Assembly (NCBI RefSeq): GCF_003704095.1
Contig: NW_020845387.1
Span: 186,001-250,000, forward strand
Reading direction: 5' to 3'
Source of the DNA: Pocillopora damicornis
Lineage: Eukaryota
DNA length: 64,000 nucleotides
The translations under genes and the position numbers were made by a program. This document shows positions 50,291 through 60,859 of the stretch, in pieces. Position 1 is the first letter of the stretch, and every line of letters starts with the position of its first letter. The notes beneath the pieces are model-generated. The model worked only from the letters and a program-made list of their open reading frames with translations. It was not told the DNA's origin and searched no databases.

Positions 50291-52673
50291 TTAAGCTTCC
50301 TGGAAAGAAAATCCAATTTAAATCCAATTCACCATTCTTTCGTCAACAGTCGCCCTCGGAAAGCTGAAAAAGTGTCATTCGTTTCAACTGGACCCTTTGG
50401 GGAACGATCCCCGAAGGAGTCTCGAATAAGTGCCGTTTACGATAATTTAAGTACAGGACATTTAGTGTTGTGACGAATAATGAAGAGAAAGCCTGTCGTT
50501 ATTAAAATACAAGAAAATGAAATGAAAGCGCTTGCCCGCGGGTTTTTAGAAAGCATTGTGGTTACGCGCAGTGTCACGCCTTTCTAGGGGGGCACGCGCG
50601 CGTAACGAGTACCTCCCTGAAGCTCTCGAACCCGGAGAAAATATCATCAAATTATTTGAATCGATCTTACAGTATGAGATGTCATGATAGGTGACAGCAT
50701 ATACTTCCGTTCCTGTCAATTTATGCTTATCTTCCTATCGACAATTTTCGGGAAATTGGGGAAACTTTTATCTCAGTATTTGCTCAGATTTATGTGACAC
50801 CCGTTGGCTTCTTAATTTTGAGATGAACAGGTGGAGATGTTTCCAGAATATAGAGTTGGGTGTCCATTAACTGGTTCCAGAGTTTCATAACTTGGCTGGG
50901 TCAGATAAAGCTAAAAGTTTATTATCTATGGCAGAAGATATTACTTTGGAAAAAACATACATTTTTAAAATCAACAAATTGCGAAATTCCAAGTTATTTC
51001 CCTGCAGTTATTCAAACATTTTTTAATGGATTTCTAACCAGGAGACCTCCTAAGTACAGATTAAAATGCTACTCTGGTTTGAAACAAAAACTTCCAACGT
51101 CTCACAACAGACCTAATGACGACGTACAGAGAAAAGAAATGAATGTTTAATGTGAAAAACAAATCTAGTTTTCCTTTAGAAAGCCTTTTCCTTGCAGCTA
51201 AGTTGGTACATTTGTTTACGAAGTTTGCGGTTTGGAATATGTATGTGAACAATGAGTAACGACTCGAGCAGGAGTTTCTTCGTGCGTGAATTTTCTTTGT
51301 TTTGAAAGCTTAGAACACTGAGTGTTGAAAGAGGCACATCTCCGACTTGAAATCACCCACAAATCAATTACTGTGCTGATTAAGGGATCAACTGTTAGGC
51401 CGAAGACACGAAAAATGATCTTTGTTCATTTTTGTTACATACTTGTGACTAGAACGAACATTTTCTTGTATTGCATATATCACGTTTTTCATATCAGATC
51501 GGGTGCACCTACTATTTCGTAATAAACAGGAACACTTACCGCGCACGATCGGTCACGAAAGGCACGATTCTTATCGGCAGTGATCGGCAGGTGGTTCAGT
51601 GGAGCAAGCCACTAACACTCAACTACACTAAATCGATTTTATTTTGACCAATGGTTCTGCATTTTGCCATCTTTCTTTATTTAGACGCAGTCATGTATTT
51701 CATATCTACGTTTTATTTTGCTTTTGTATTTAGCTGCATATACCTCGACCGCCAGTTGTTTCTATAAATACCTTCTCGAAGTTAGAAATAGCAGAGCGCG
51801 CGTAATTTCATTCGTTGCCTAATAGCGCCCCGTCCAATCCGATTCACGTGTGGCCAATTTTCTCGCCCTTTTGCCGCATCTCTACGTAAATTATTCGCTC
51901 TAATTCCGAGTAGGGTTTTTTCTTTACAGCTTTGTTCAACGGAGAATGTCTAGTCTGCTGTAATTTTGCACTTTTGCTGTAATTTGTTCGCTTGAATAAG
52001 GTTTTTTTGCTCATCAGTACCTTAAATCGGCACCAGTAACCAATCGAATATTGCAGATAGATTGTGTTTTGAATTAATTATTTATTTTTTCATCCATGTT
52101 TCGGTTTAAAGAATGATTTTGACGCGTTTATTTGGGCAGGAAATCAATTAGCCAGACTCCCCACGCCAACCCATATATCATGTTACGAATTAAACTTCTC
52201 TGGAATTTTCGACGAAAATACGCTTAGCGAGTGACTAATATAAACATATCTGCACGAATTATCTAGACACATAAACGCCAATTATTGTCTATTCGTACAA
52301 GTTTATCTCAGTTCGACGAGAAATAGAAAATTTCGGAAAATGAAGTTCAGCTAATAAATTCAAACAACTCTTGAATTCCCGATTTCTTCCTTTTTAGGGA
52401 TTGTCGTCAGACGTAACGAATTATGCATGCAGTGTCGTAAATTGCTCAGGAATTGCGTTGTTTGTTTCTATTTAAAGAGAAAGCTTTCCGAGGCGTCAAG
52501 TTTTTGTAATTGAATAAAGACATTTTAAGCAAGGATTCGTGACAGAAATGTTTCAATAATAAGCGAAGGCAAGTTCACGTTCGATCTTCGTTTTCAATTT
52601 GAGTTCTGTCATCATTCTTCCCGTTAACCTTCACCTTGTCGAGTTTATATTAAAAAACGATTCCTCGCTGTTG

Positions 52674-52707
52674 ATTGGATGAAAATTGCTTATGCAATAT
52701 GAGGTCA
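52674..52707 (+). promoter_or_regulatory. Cluster of promoter motifs upstream of the Spot14-like ORF
   Basis: Inverted CCAAT (ATTGG 52674-52678), C/EBP-ATF-like TTATGCAAT (52690-52698), TGAGGTCA (52700-52707). Confidence 0.35.
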
Positions 52708-52839
52708 TGGTCTTTTGCGGTGTCGCAAACAAAAACAAAAGAAGCCAGCGCCTCTGCAGTTGAACGTATCACGTACAGAATTTAGCGTATGCGCTTTGTT
52801 AATATAAGAATCAACACCGGGACCGGTTGTGTTTAAGCC

Positions 52840-53238
52840 ATGGACTCGCCATCAAAAGACATTTCTAATGTATTGGATGAATTCATAGCCGCTGTCGAGG
52901 AAACTAAACAAGTGTTACAAAGTCCGAGTGTTCCCGGGAAAACAGATGCCTGCTCTCTGTGTGAATGTGCGCGACCTCGGAGAAAGAAAGTTTTCGTCCA
53001 CGATCGTTGCGATTGCGAACTGCTTCAGTCTCATTTAATGGCACCGACGGGTGAATTACACAGATATGGCGATAAATACGATCAAACAATGTTTTTTAAC
53101 CAGCATTCTTCTCGAGAAAAAGAAGCCGAAGGATTAGTGACTGAAATGAATTCACTTCTGAACCAAATATCTAGCGCCGCGAATTCTTTGAAAAAAATCT
53201 ACCATCGACGATCTTCACCAGTAATCGAGGACATATGA
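52840..53238 (+). CDS. Spot14/MID1IP1 (MIG12)-like small protein, single exon, 132 aa
   Basis: Good start context GCCATGG. N-terminal ISNVLDEFIAAVEETKQVLQSPS resembles the family's SLxxxMxxFxxAVxxMxxxVMVPS. C-terminal MNSLLNQISSAANSLKKIY resembles LxxxLxxLTxxAxxLTxxY. Confidence 0.62.
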   Translation: MDSPSKDISNVLDEFIAAVEETKQVLQSPSVPGKTDACSLCECARPRRKKVFVHDRCDCELLQSHLMAPTGELHRYGDKYDQTMFFNQHSSREKEAEGLVTEMNSLLNQISSAANSLKKIYHRRSSPVIEDI

Positions 53239-55976
53239 CATTTTTCTACCTCGGAAATGGTCTATGACCGCTGAGTTTTGCCGTGAAAATGCAGTATGCC
53301 ATGGAGAAGACGATCGTGCATATAATAATGTTATCGACGCTATCACTATCGCATAATATAAATGAAATCTGTTCCTTGTTTCGTCAGTCCAGATACATGC
53401 AAACGCTCAAATATCCACTCAGCTGAATTCACTGAAGTCTTGGAAATCAAGTGAACGACTTATATTCTACGCTCTCGTTTGGAGCTGTGATGAATACACT
53501 TGGAAAGAAACTGAAAATAATGCGTGATTTTAGGCGCCGCTGTGCTTTCGATTTCTTCCTCGCGTGTTGTATTTCACTCGCGAGTAGCTCTTTTTTTTTT
53601 TAAAGGGTTTTGCGCTTGAAATACACAACGAAGTACCGGTTATTTGGTACCTTTTACCACCTGTAGGAAGCATTTTGTAGCAACTTCATGACACAGTGGT
53701 AAAGTGGGGTGAAATTTTCAATTAATGCTCATAAATTTTGTAGCACCTGTACGGTCTACAGCTGACCGGACGCTCTATCGCGCGAGGAAACAAGACAATA
53801 CGATCATTTTTTTCCCATTTCAAACACGATAACGAGTAAGTTACGAAAGTAATATTAGAGAACTAATAAGGATTGTAAAAATTTGGGCTGGTTTTAGAAA
53901 AGAAATAGAATTAAAGAATCGGAAAATTTCTTTAGGCGTGTGTTTAACAATACAGATTACACTTATTTCTGAAAGGGGAATTTTGCGACAAATAATTTCG
54001 GCAAAAAAGTTCTTAAATTAAGTAGGGTCTTAAGACCACATACGTAAATCGGAGAACGAAGAGGAAAATTAAAGTTTTCCATCAAGGACTAGGGAATTGC
54101 TCATGAATAAATAAAATCAGATTAGGAGAAGGAAAAATTATCGTGTACATATGTACAGGTTAAAAGTAAACAGTTGTACATGAAATGTTAAAGTTACATT
54201 GTAAGTAAAGAAATGTAGTTGTAAAATTATGAGAGAATAAAGACTGATTGGGTGTGAAGTAGTCTGTCAGAGTGGTTAAATGGCTTGTAGAGACGAGCTC
54301 TGTACATGAAAACATGACTTCAAAGTGTGACTATGGAATATGTAACTCTGTCATGATCTCAATCGACTGAACGAACTCTTTTCCATACCGTTCTCAGTTT
54401 CTAGTTCTCAACCAACCGAGCAAACTTTATTCTATGTTGATTGCGAAAGGACGAGAGAAAAGTGCAGCCATGGTTATAACAATAAAGATGAGCCATGAGT
54501 GGTATGTTTGGAAAGCCCGTAGGTAATTCACCGTTTGTTACATAACCTCTTAATTGTAAGGGACTAAGTGTTAAGTCTTTGAATTTCAGGCAGCAGGACA
54601 GTGTCATGGAATTGTTTGGAATCTGGAATATCAAATGTCAATTTTTTTTATTCCGATATCTTCCTGTCTGGGAACTCCTTCCACCCAAATTGAAACAAAA
54701 TTCTTCTAAGGACTGTCAGAACTGTTTTTTTTTTCACGTTAAATTGCACGTGAGTGAACAGAAGAATGTCCAGGATGCGTGCGGAGCATTTCAAATGACT
54801 GATACAAAAGAGCTCTGCTTGATCTTAACTAGAATTTTCTTCGTGTAGAGGGAAAAATCGAAAAACATTATTCCAGCTGATTATTGAAAATAAATCAAGT
54901 GTAAGGTCTTGTTACTTTGTTACTTGTCACGAGGAGACACCTGCCTTTCATTCCACGCAAATTCACGCGCCTTAAGCTCCCACGCGCGCTCTAAAGCGGC
55001 TTCCAGGAAACTTCTACTAAGTGGTTTTTTAGCTACTTTAGTGAAAGTGTCATTATCTGCAGATAAACTAAAAGGAATTTTAGAACGTTTGACTCTTACT
55101 CATCTCTATTCGTTCAGGACTATGCTTTTTTCACGTTTTGCCTCGCTAGTGTGATGACTGGTGAACCTCGTGGATGTTACGTAACTACGAGCGCGTTGTA
55201 AAGCGTCCCTTACTCTGGCCCGTGCCAGAAACCCAAGATTTGAAATGTAGCCGAGATACTACGCGCACCCTGATTGGTCATAATCTGGTCGTTTATTACA
55301 ACGATAAGCCCTTTGCTGTTAGATATTAGAAGTGGTTTACCGCAGTTTGTCCTTTTTTTTTTAACTGAATTAAAACACTATGGGTGTCGGTAGAATACTC
55401 GTAAAGTTTACGAATTGATTGTTGCTTTTAACCCTGTTCGTTATGCGATATTACCTAACTGCAGGAGAGAATATTCGTAGTATTATGATTGAAACAAAGA
55501 ACGATGTAAAGCTTAAGCAATTCAATGTTTAGAAATATTTCAGTAAAATGACAGAAAATGAACAACAGGTATTGGTAAGTCGTCTCTTGGGAGCAGCCGG
55601 TACATTACATAACTCTTAGCGCTGCACGCACTACATTAGCAGGTACCATAAGTCTTCCATAGAAGAGATTTAACACGTGCACAAGGAAGAAAGGGAATGA
55701 AGGAAAAAAAAAACGAGAACATGGTAAATAATAATTGGTACCCAGATGACTGGCTGCGGTGTTAACGAATGTGTCATTCGAAACGGCTGTACAGTATAAC
55801 AATACTCTTGACTATGGTAGTCAAGGTTGCCTGAAACCTGCGAGCAGGCATTCCCTTTTTGTTATTTTTTTCGGAGGGAGGGGGGAGGGGGCAGGAAGAG
55901 CGTAGCGGCGAAGGAGTCGGCGGCCTGGATAGCAAGAAATGGCCTTGGCTCCAAATTGAGTCTGAAATGCTTCTCG

Positions 55977-56056
55977 GTCTGAGGTTCGATTCCTCATGGG
56001 AACTCAGAATTTTTTTTGGCCCTCGCTCGTGACAAGACGAAAAACATCTTTCTCTA
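55977..56056 (+). mobile_element. tRNA-derived SINE fragment
   Basis: Perfect B-box GGTTCGATTCC (55983-55993) followed by non-tRNA sequence; no A-box and no cloverleaf. Confidence 0.55.
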
Positions 56057-56836
56057 GTGATAACTAATTGATAACTTCTACTTACTGGTCTGTCTCAAAA
56101 TTTCCCGATTAAGTTTTAACCCTAGACGTCAATAGTATATGCTGATAAAATCTTGCATCAAAGAAAATTAAAAACTTCTCAATTTTCTCCGGCGCGAGAA
56201 GACTTCATAAAAAGAATGTTATCAGTTACTTGGGGTTTGTTCCCTAAAAGGCTGCTTCTTCATTGATTACTGTCCAATATTATAGAATTAAAATCACATT
56301 TTTTCCAAAAAAAGGGAGGGAGTGGGGTAGGGGTATTTGTCACATCATTCAGACACGGTTGTCTGCGGAGGGAAATGAATGAAACATAATACGGCAACAA
56401 GTACATCAGCCCGCTGAGACTAAAATTTTTTTTATTTACATATACAACATCGCAGACACAAGTCGGCGCACGAGCCCTATCAGATATCTTTATATATGAC
56501 TCCATACTGTTCCAAGACAAAGCATAACTCCTAACTTATTGTTTTCACTGTTGTTTTCTCTTATCAAAATGGTAATTTTTGCGTAATTAAGTGTGTGATG
56601 GTGCGGAAATATGTCTTCTCGTCGCTTAATTGGATTTTTACGCCACAAAATACAGTAACTTCGACGCTGTAAATGGAATAGTTCAAATAACGTTTTTTGA
56701 AATCAAGGTTAACAATCTGTTTGGATGATACGGAGAATTGCTTATTTTAGCAAATACAAGATTACATGGAGATTCCGTAAGAATAGCTTGTGAGTTTCTT
56801 CAGGTCACGCCACTAGATGTCTCGTAAAATAGTCAA

Positions 56837-57226
56837 TTAATCGCAAATAAATAGATTTACGGTGTTTTCTGCCTTGTCGAGTTTCCACGCAAATTGACAT
56901 ATGGAAGTGGATTTCTCAATCATTTTTGACTCCATAAATGAGTTTACTTTCATCAGCGCGTCTTGAATTTCCTTGGGAAGGTTGTACAGGTTTACTGGAT
57001 GCAACCGAACATTTTCTGACGTATTTTTTATTGCTGGAACCTGGGTCGTTAAATTGATGTGACTTGGTGGAAATGGTGAAGTTCTGAATCGATCCTGAAT
57101 TCTTCTTGAAGCGGCGACATAGATTCCGAGGAAGAGAATGGAATTAACCAATAATAATACAAGGAAGGTCTTTGCCTTTCTACAGTCGTGACGAGACAAC
57201 TTGAATGGTGTGAATGTAACGGGCAT
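56837..57226 (-). CDS. Hypothetical type II membrane protein (possibly the first exon of a spliced gene)
   Basis: Basic N-terminus, hydrophobic segment FLVLLLVNSILFLGIYVAAS, Pro/Thr-rich stem with sequons NLT and NTS. Upstream CRE, ETS-like and TATA-like motifs. Possible donor at 56860. Confidence 0.5.
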   Translation of the reverse strand: MPVTFTPFKLSRHDCRKAKTFLVLLLVNSILFLGIYVAASRRIQDRFRTSPFPPSHINLTTQVPAIKNTSENVRLHPVNLYNLPKEIQDALMKVNSFMESKMIEKSTSICQFAWKLDKAENTVNLFICD

Positions 57227-57361
57227 AGTTGCTTAAACATCATCTTTACATGACAGAGTTCGTCCGAAATTGATGTTCATTCTCCCTTGAATATTATTCG
57301 TTCGTATTTCGAAGTTCTCGTCATCATTCACTTGAAGTCCTTTCGAAGTAGGCCATATTCG

Positions 57362-57416
57362 ATTTAATAGCGTGACTTTGGTCATGACGTCATTGAGAGG
57401 AAGTCCACTAGGAAGT
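57362..57416 (-). promoter_or_regulatory. CRE palindrome with ETS-like and TATA-like motifs upstream of the 57226 ORF
   Basis: ATGACGTCAT at 57384-57393, two GGAAGT (57399, 57411), TATTAAA on the minus strand near 57363-57369. Confidence 0.4.
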
Positions 57417-58064
57417 AGACAACGACTGGAAACGAGGGTAAATACTCTCTTCTTATTTGGCACTTTGAAGGGTGCTTATCTACGCCACTTGTTCATCATT
57501 GCTTGAGATTATTCCACTGTTTGTGGACTTAAAGCGTATTTCAGTTCGAAACTAAAATAGTCACAACAGCTAATCCGGAGAATGAAAATATGAAAGCTAA
57601 AACAAAGGCAAACCGTTTGGAGCGCATGATTACAAGCGTGTCCGACTTGTGATTGGTTTTAGTCATGCATGTGAAAGGCTTAAAAGTGATGCAGCTCTTT
57701 TTCATTCCAATCTGAGAGCAAAGCAAATATTTCCCTGAAGTTCTCTAGCAAATAATCAGAAAATTGATTGCAATGTAAGAGTTTGACAATTGTTATCTGA
57801 GATCCTTGGCAATATTTGTTTGATATATTCTTACCTCTTCAGTGTTTGTCGACATTTCTAAGCTGCTATTTTGATCATTTATTTTATGACAATTCTCAAT
57901 GACTTATAAGACTCAATTTATTTTAAAATAACCCCTTCAAGGAAAAAAAAAATTGTGTTACTTTGCTAGCAAAGATAAAATTCAGTACCAACGCAACTGC
58001 CCCTGTGAGAACCAGGCCAATCATTTTGTTAAGTGATTCATTTATCAGGGTAATTTAGTATCAT

Positions 58065-58245
58065 CTGAGTTGATAACGTAGATTGGGCACAGTAAAGAGT
58101 TTAAAAGCTGACGTTTCGAGCGTTAGCTCTTTGCCATCGCTTTGACGGTGGCCAATTTACGTTATCAAGTCAGTTGATGATACTAAGTTACCCAGTTATA
58201 CTCTCCCACCGACGCAACACCACAGTTTCTTTAGAATCTTACCCT
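58065..58245. mobile_element. Palindromic repeat with a decayed hammerhead-like motif (Penelope-like LTR remnant), copy 1
   Basis: Inverted arms ctgagttgataacgta / tacgttatcaagtcag; the minus strand has GAGC-TAAC-GCTC-GAAACGTC; homologous to 63485-63630. Confidence 0.55.
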
Positions 58246-58418
58246 CCTGACTCATTTCTCAGGCAGGTTGGGCTAGCTAGCACTAAAAAACTCAAGTATT
58301 GTTCATTCTTCGGGATAGGGACCCGCGCTCCAAATGCACGTGGACTACAAATGAGTACCGGTGGGTTTTTCGGTGAACCCCCATGGAAAGCTAGAGGTAT
58401 CTGGGGTTAACACAACCC

Positions 58419-58464
58419 NNNNNNNNNNNNNNNNNNNNNNNNNNNNNNNNNNNNNNNNNNNNNN
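58419..58464. other. Assembly gap (N run)
   Basis: 46 N bases. Confidence 1.
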
Positions 58465-58534
58465 TTAACAAGCAGTTCAGATGAAGAAGATTTAAACAAA
58501 ACCGTTTCTATAGCCCGCCGGCTTAACCTAATAA

Positions 58535-58729
58535 CCCTTGAGCGTGACTAGCATCTAATTTCTCACCATGGTATCACTACAGAATCAATCATTGAGTTCA
58601 TGAAAATGAAAGAAATGTTCTCAGACTTGAAAAGCTCTTGCTTTTTAGCTATATTCTCCTTGTCTGTGCCACAGAAAATGTATAGAGAACAGTATGGAGA
58701 ATATACATTCTCATGTAGGCCGTAAAGGG
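58535..58729. mobile_element. piggyBac-like MITE
   Basis: CCCTT...AAGGG termini flanked by ATAA and TTCA; homologous in reverse to 25474-25894. Confidence 0.6.
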
Positions 58730-60859
58730 TTCATGGCTCTTAAATAGTAAAATAAACGACAATTATCCAGAGTAGGTTAAAATCACCCTGTATTAATTTA
58801 GTTTATTCCCATGAAATACATTGCTTAGAGAATTAGCAATTCAGTAAATTGTACAGTGGAGCTGCAGAAAACTGCATCATCTTCTCATAATTTGCTTTCT
58901 TACCTATCATTTCAAATTGTATGCAATTACAAAATCTAAAACTAATTAACATACAATTTCATGAAATAATTAAATACTTTGTGGCCCATGAAGTATATAA
59001 AAATATTTGCTTCGAATTTGTTACAGCTATTTAAAAATTTACACAAGACTGTTTACGGGTAAATCTCTGGTTAGGGTTGTTATTGTACTCTGCAAACTGC
59101 TTTTTATATTGTAAGCAGTTCCTTAGTTCAATCGTTTTACTTTGCTACGGCCTTCTGTTGAGTGAAGTCAAGTAATTGCACAAAACTTGGTTTTTTAAAA
59201 AAGATAGACTTCACAAACATCTGTAACTGGATACAAAAAACTTCACTGCATCTAAACTTTCTATTTACATAACATGATTAACGAATGACAAATACATAGA
59301 ATGGGATAAAAAAAGGTAGGAAACGGAATTTTTAAAAAAAAAAAAGAAAAAAAGCGTAAACCTTTGTCTATAGTGAAACGGGCGGTTTCTTTACTGACCA
59401 AGCTGGACGAAGAAAAAGAAGCTAAACACAACCAAAGAGATTGTCACGCGCTCAGCACTAGTATCATGTTTTTCTGCGTTTGCTAATTGTTCCACGGAAA
59501 TTTCCAGGTTTGATGATGGTCTATTTCATGTCTTTCTGTGTTTTCTTCTTTTTTCGCCTTTTGACGCCTGGAAACTTTTTAATTTTGAGTCCTGACTGAT
59601 TAATATCCTTGCGAAGTGTAATAAGGAATGTACTACCAGATCAAATAAGCCAAGTAACAAGTACGCTACCATATGATTGATGAAAAAATTGTCGATTACC
59701 CGTAAAGCTTTTTTTTTTTTGTTTGTTTTCAGCAGGACATAATTTTGAACCTCTCGCAGATATATAAATGGATACATAAGAGTCCCTTCGAATACCTTTG
59801 GTAAAAAATAATCCTCGGTTATTACGAACAAACTGCTCCACACACTCATTACCTCACTGCTACGTTGTTTATCGCTAAAACGTGAAGGAAATATTATTAC
59901 TGTTTATAATAGTTCTTTATCCCTACTCCTTTTGCCTTATATCAGGATTTGCTTTGTATGAAAGCTCAATTTCTCGGGAATATAACTTTTCAAAGCACGC
60001 TTTGAACCTTAAGCAGCTCAGTTGCATTAACTCTCTGACAGATTTTCATTATCTGCTTTTTTTTTTGCTCATTCGTTCAAATGGTTTGATACAATTTGCA
60101 ATTCTCTATAATCAAATAAAACTTGCTTGTTAACTTGACTTGTGTGAAGTCACTTGAAATCAGCACTGACATTTAAAAAATAATGACGCACTTCTGGTCG
60201 GGGCCACTGAAATGACCTGCTACATACTCAGTCTCTATCGATACGTAAACTTAAAAAACATTTCAAACTTGGCTGATTTTCTTAGCACGAACCACCAGTG
60301 AAGTAAATTTTTCGTTATCAAGTTTATGTACCTGATCCGTAATTTGCCAGAAGCGCTAGGGAGCTGCTTTATGGAGAACATCACACACACAAAAAAGGGA
60401 AAGCAACCTGTCGTACCTTCCACACTCAGAATATTAAATACTGCAAATTAACAGTAAAATATCTCAAAAATTTCGGAAGATATAAACTCTCTGTTACATA
60501 AACTAAAGCATTCGTTCTTGTTCACCTAATACAGATCCCCTACTGGCTCAATATAGAATCCATAAATGAAAAGATTAGTTATACATTCTTTAGAAAATAA
60601 AGTCAGTCAATTTTTCGCTGTACATATTGAATAACTTGCATAACTAAAATGAAATTCCTCGGCAACTTATTTCCCTTAATTTGACAATGTTCCATATATT
60701 TTTTGGTTTCCTCGTCTGGGCACCCTTTTCAGAAAAAATACCTTCTTTCCACGATACAAAACGGTAATGAATCTTTCTTTGTTCCTTTTCATTCGTATAA
60801 CACAAGGTGTCGTCTCGCGAAACACCGTTTATCTCTAGCTGGTGCCCATGGCTTTTTTT

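Noticed and set aside
55977-56056. tRNA gene (GGTTCGATTCC); likewise the A/B boxes at 14002-14051
   Set aside because: No complete cloverleaf or acceptor stem; better explained as SINE heads.
57541-57627. Second short hydrophobic ORF MRSKRFAFVLAFIFSFSGLAVVTILVSN
   Set aside because: It stops after 28 codons with no donor or convincing continuation, so it cannot be told from chance.
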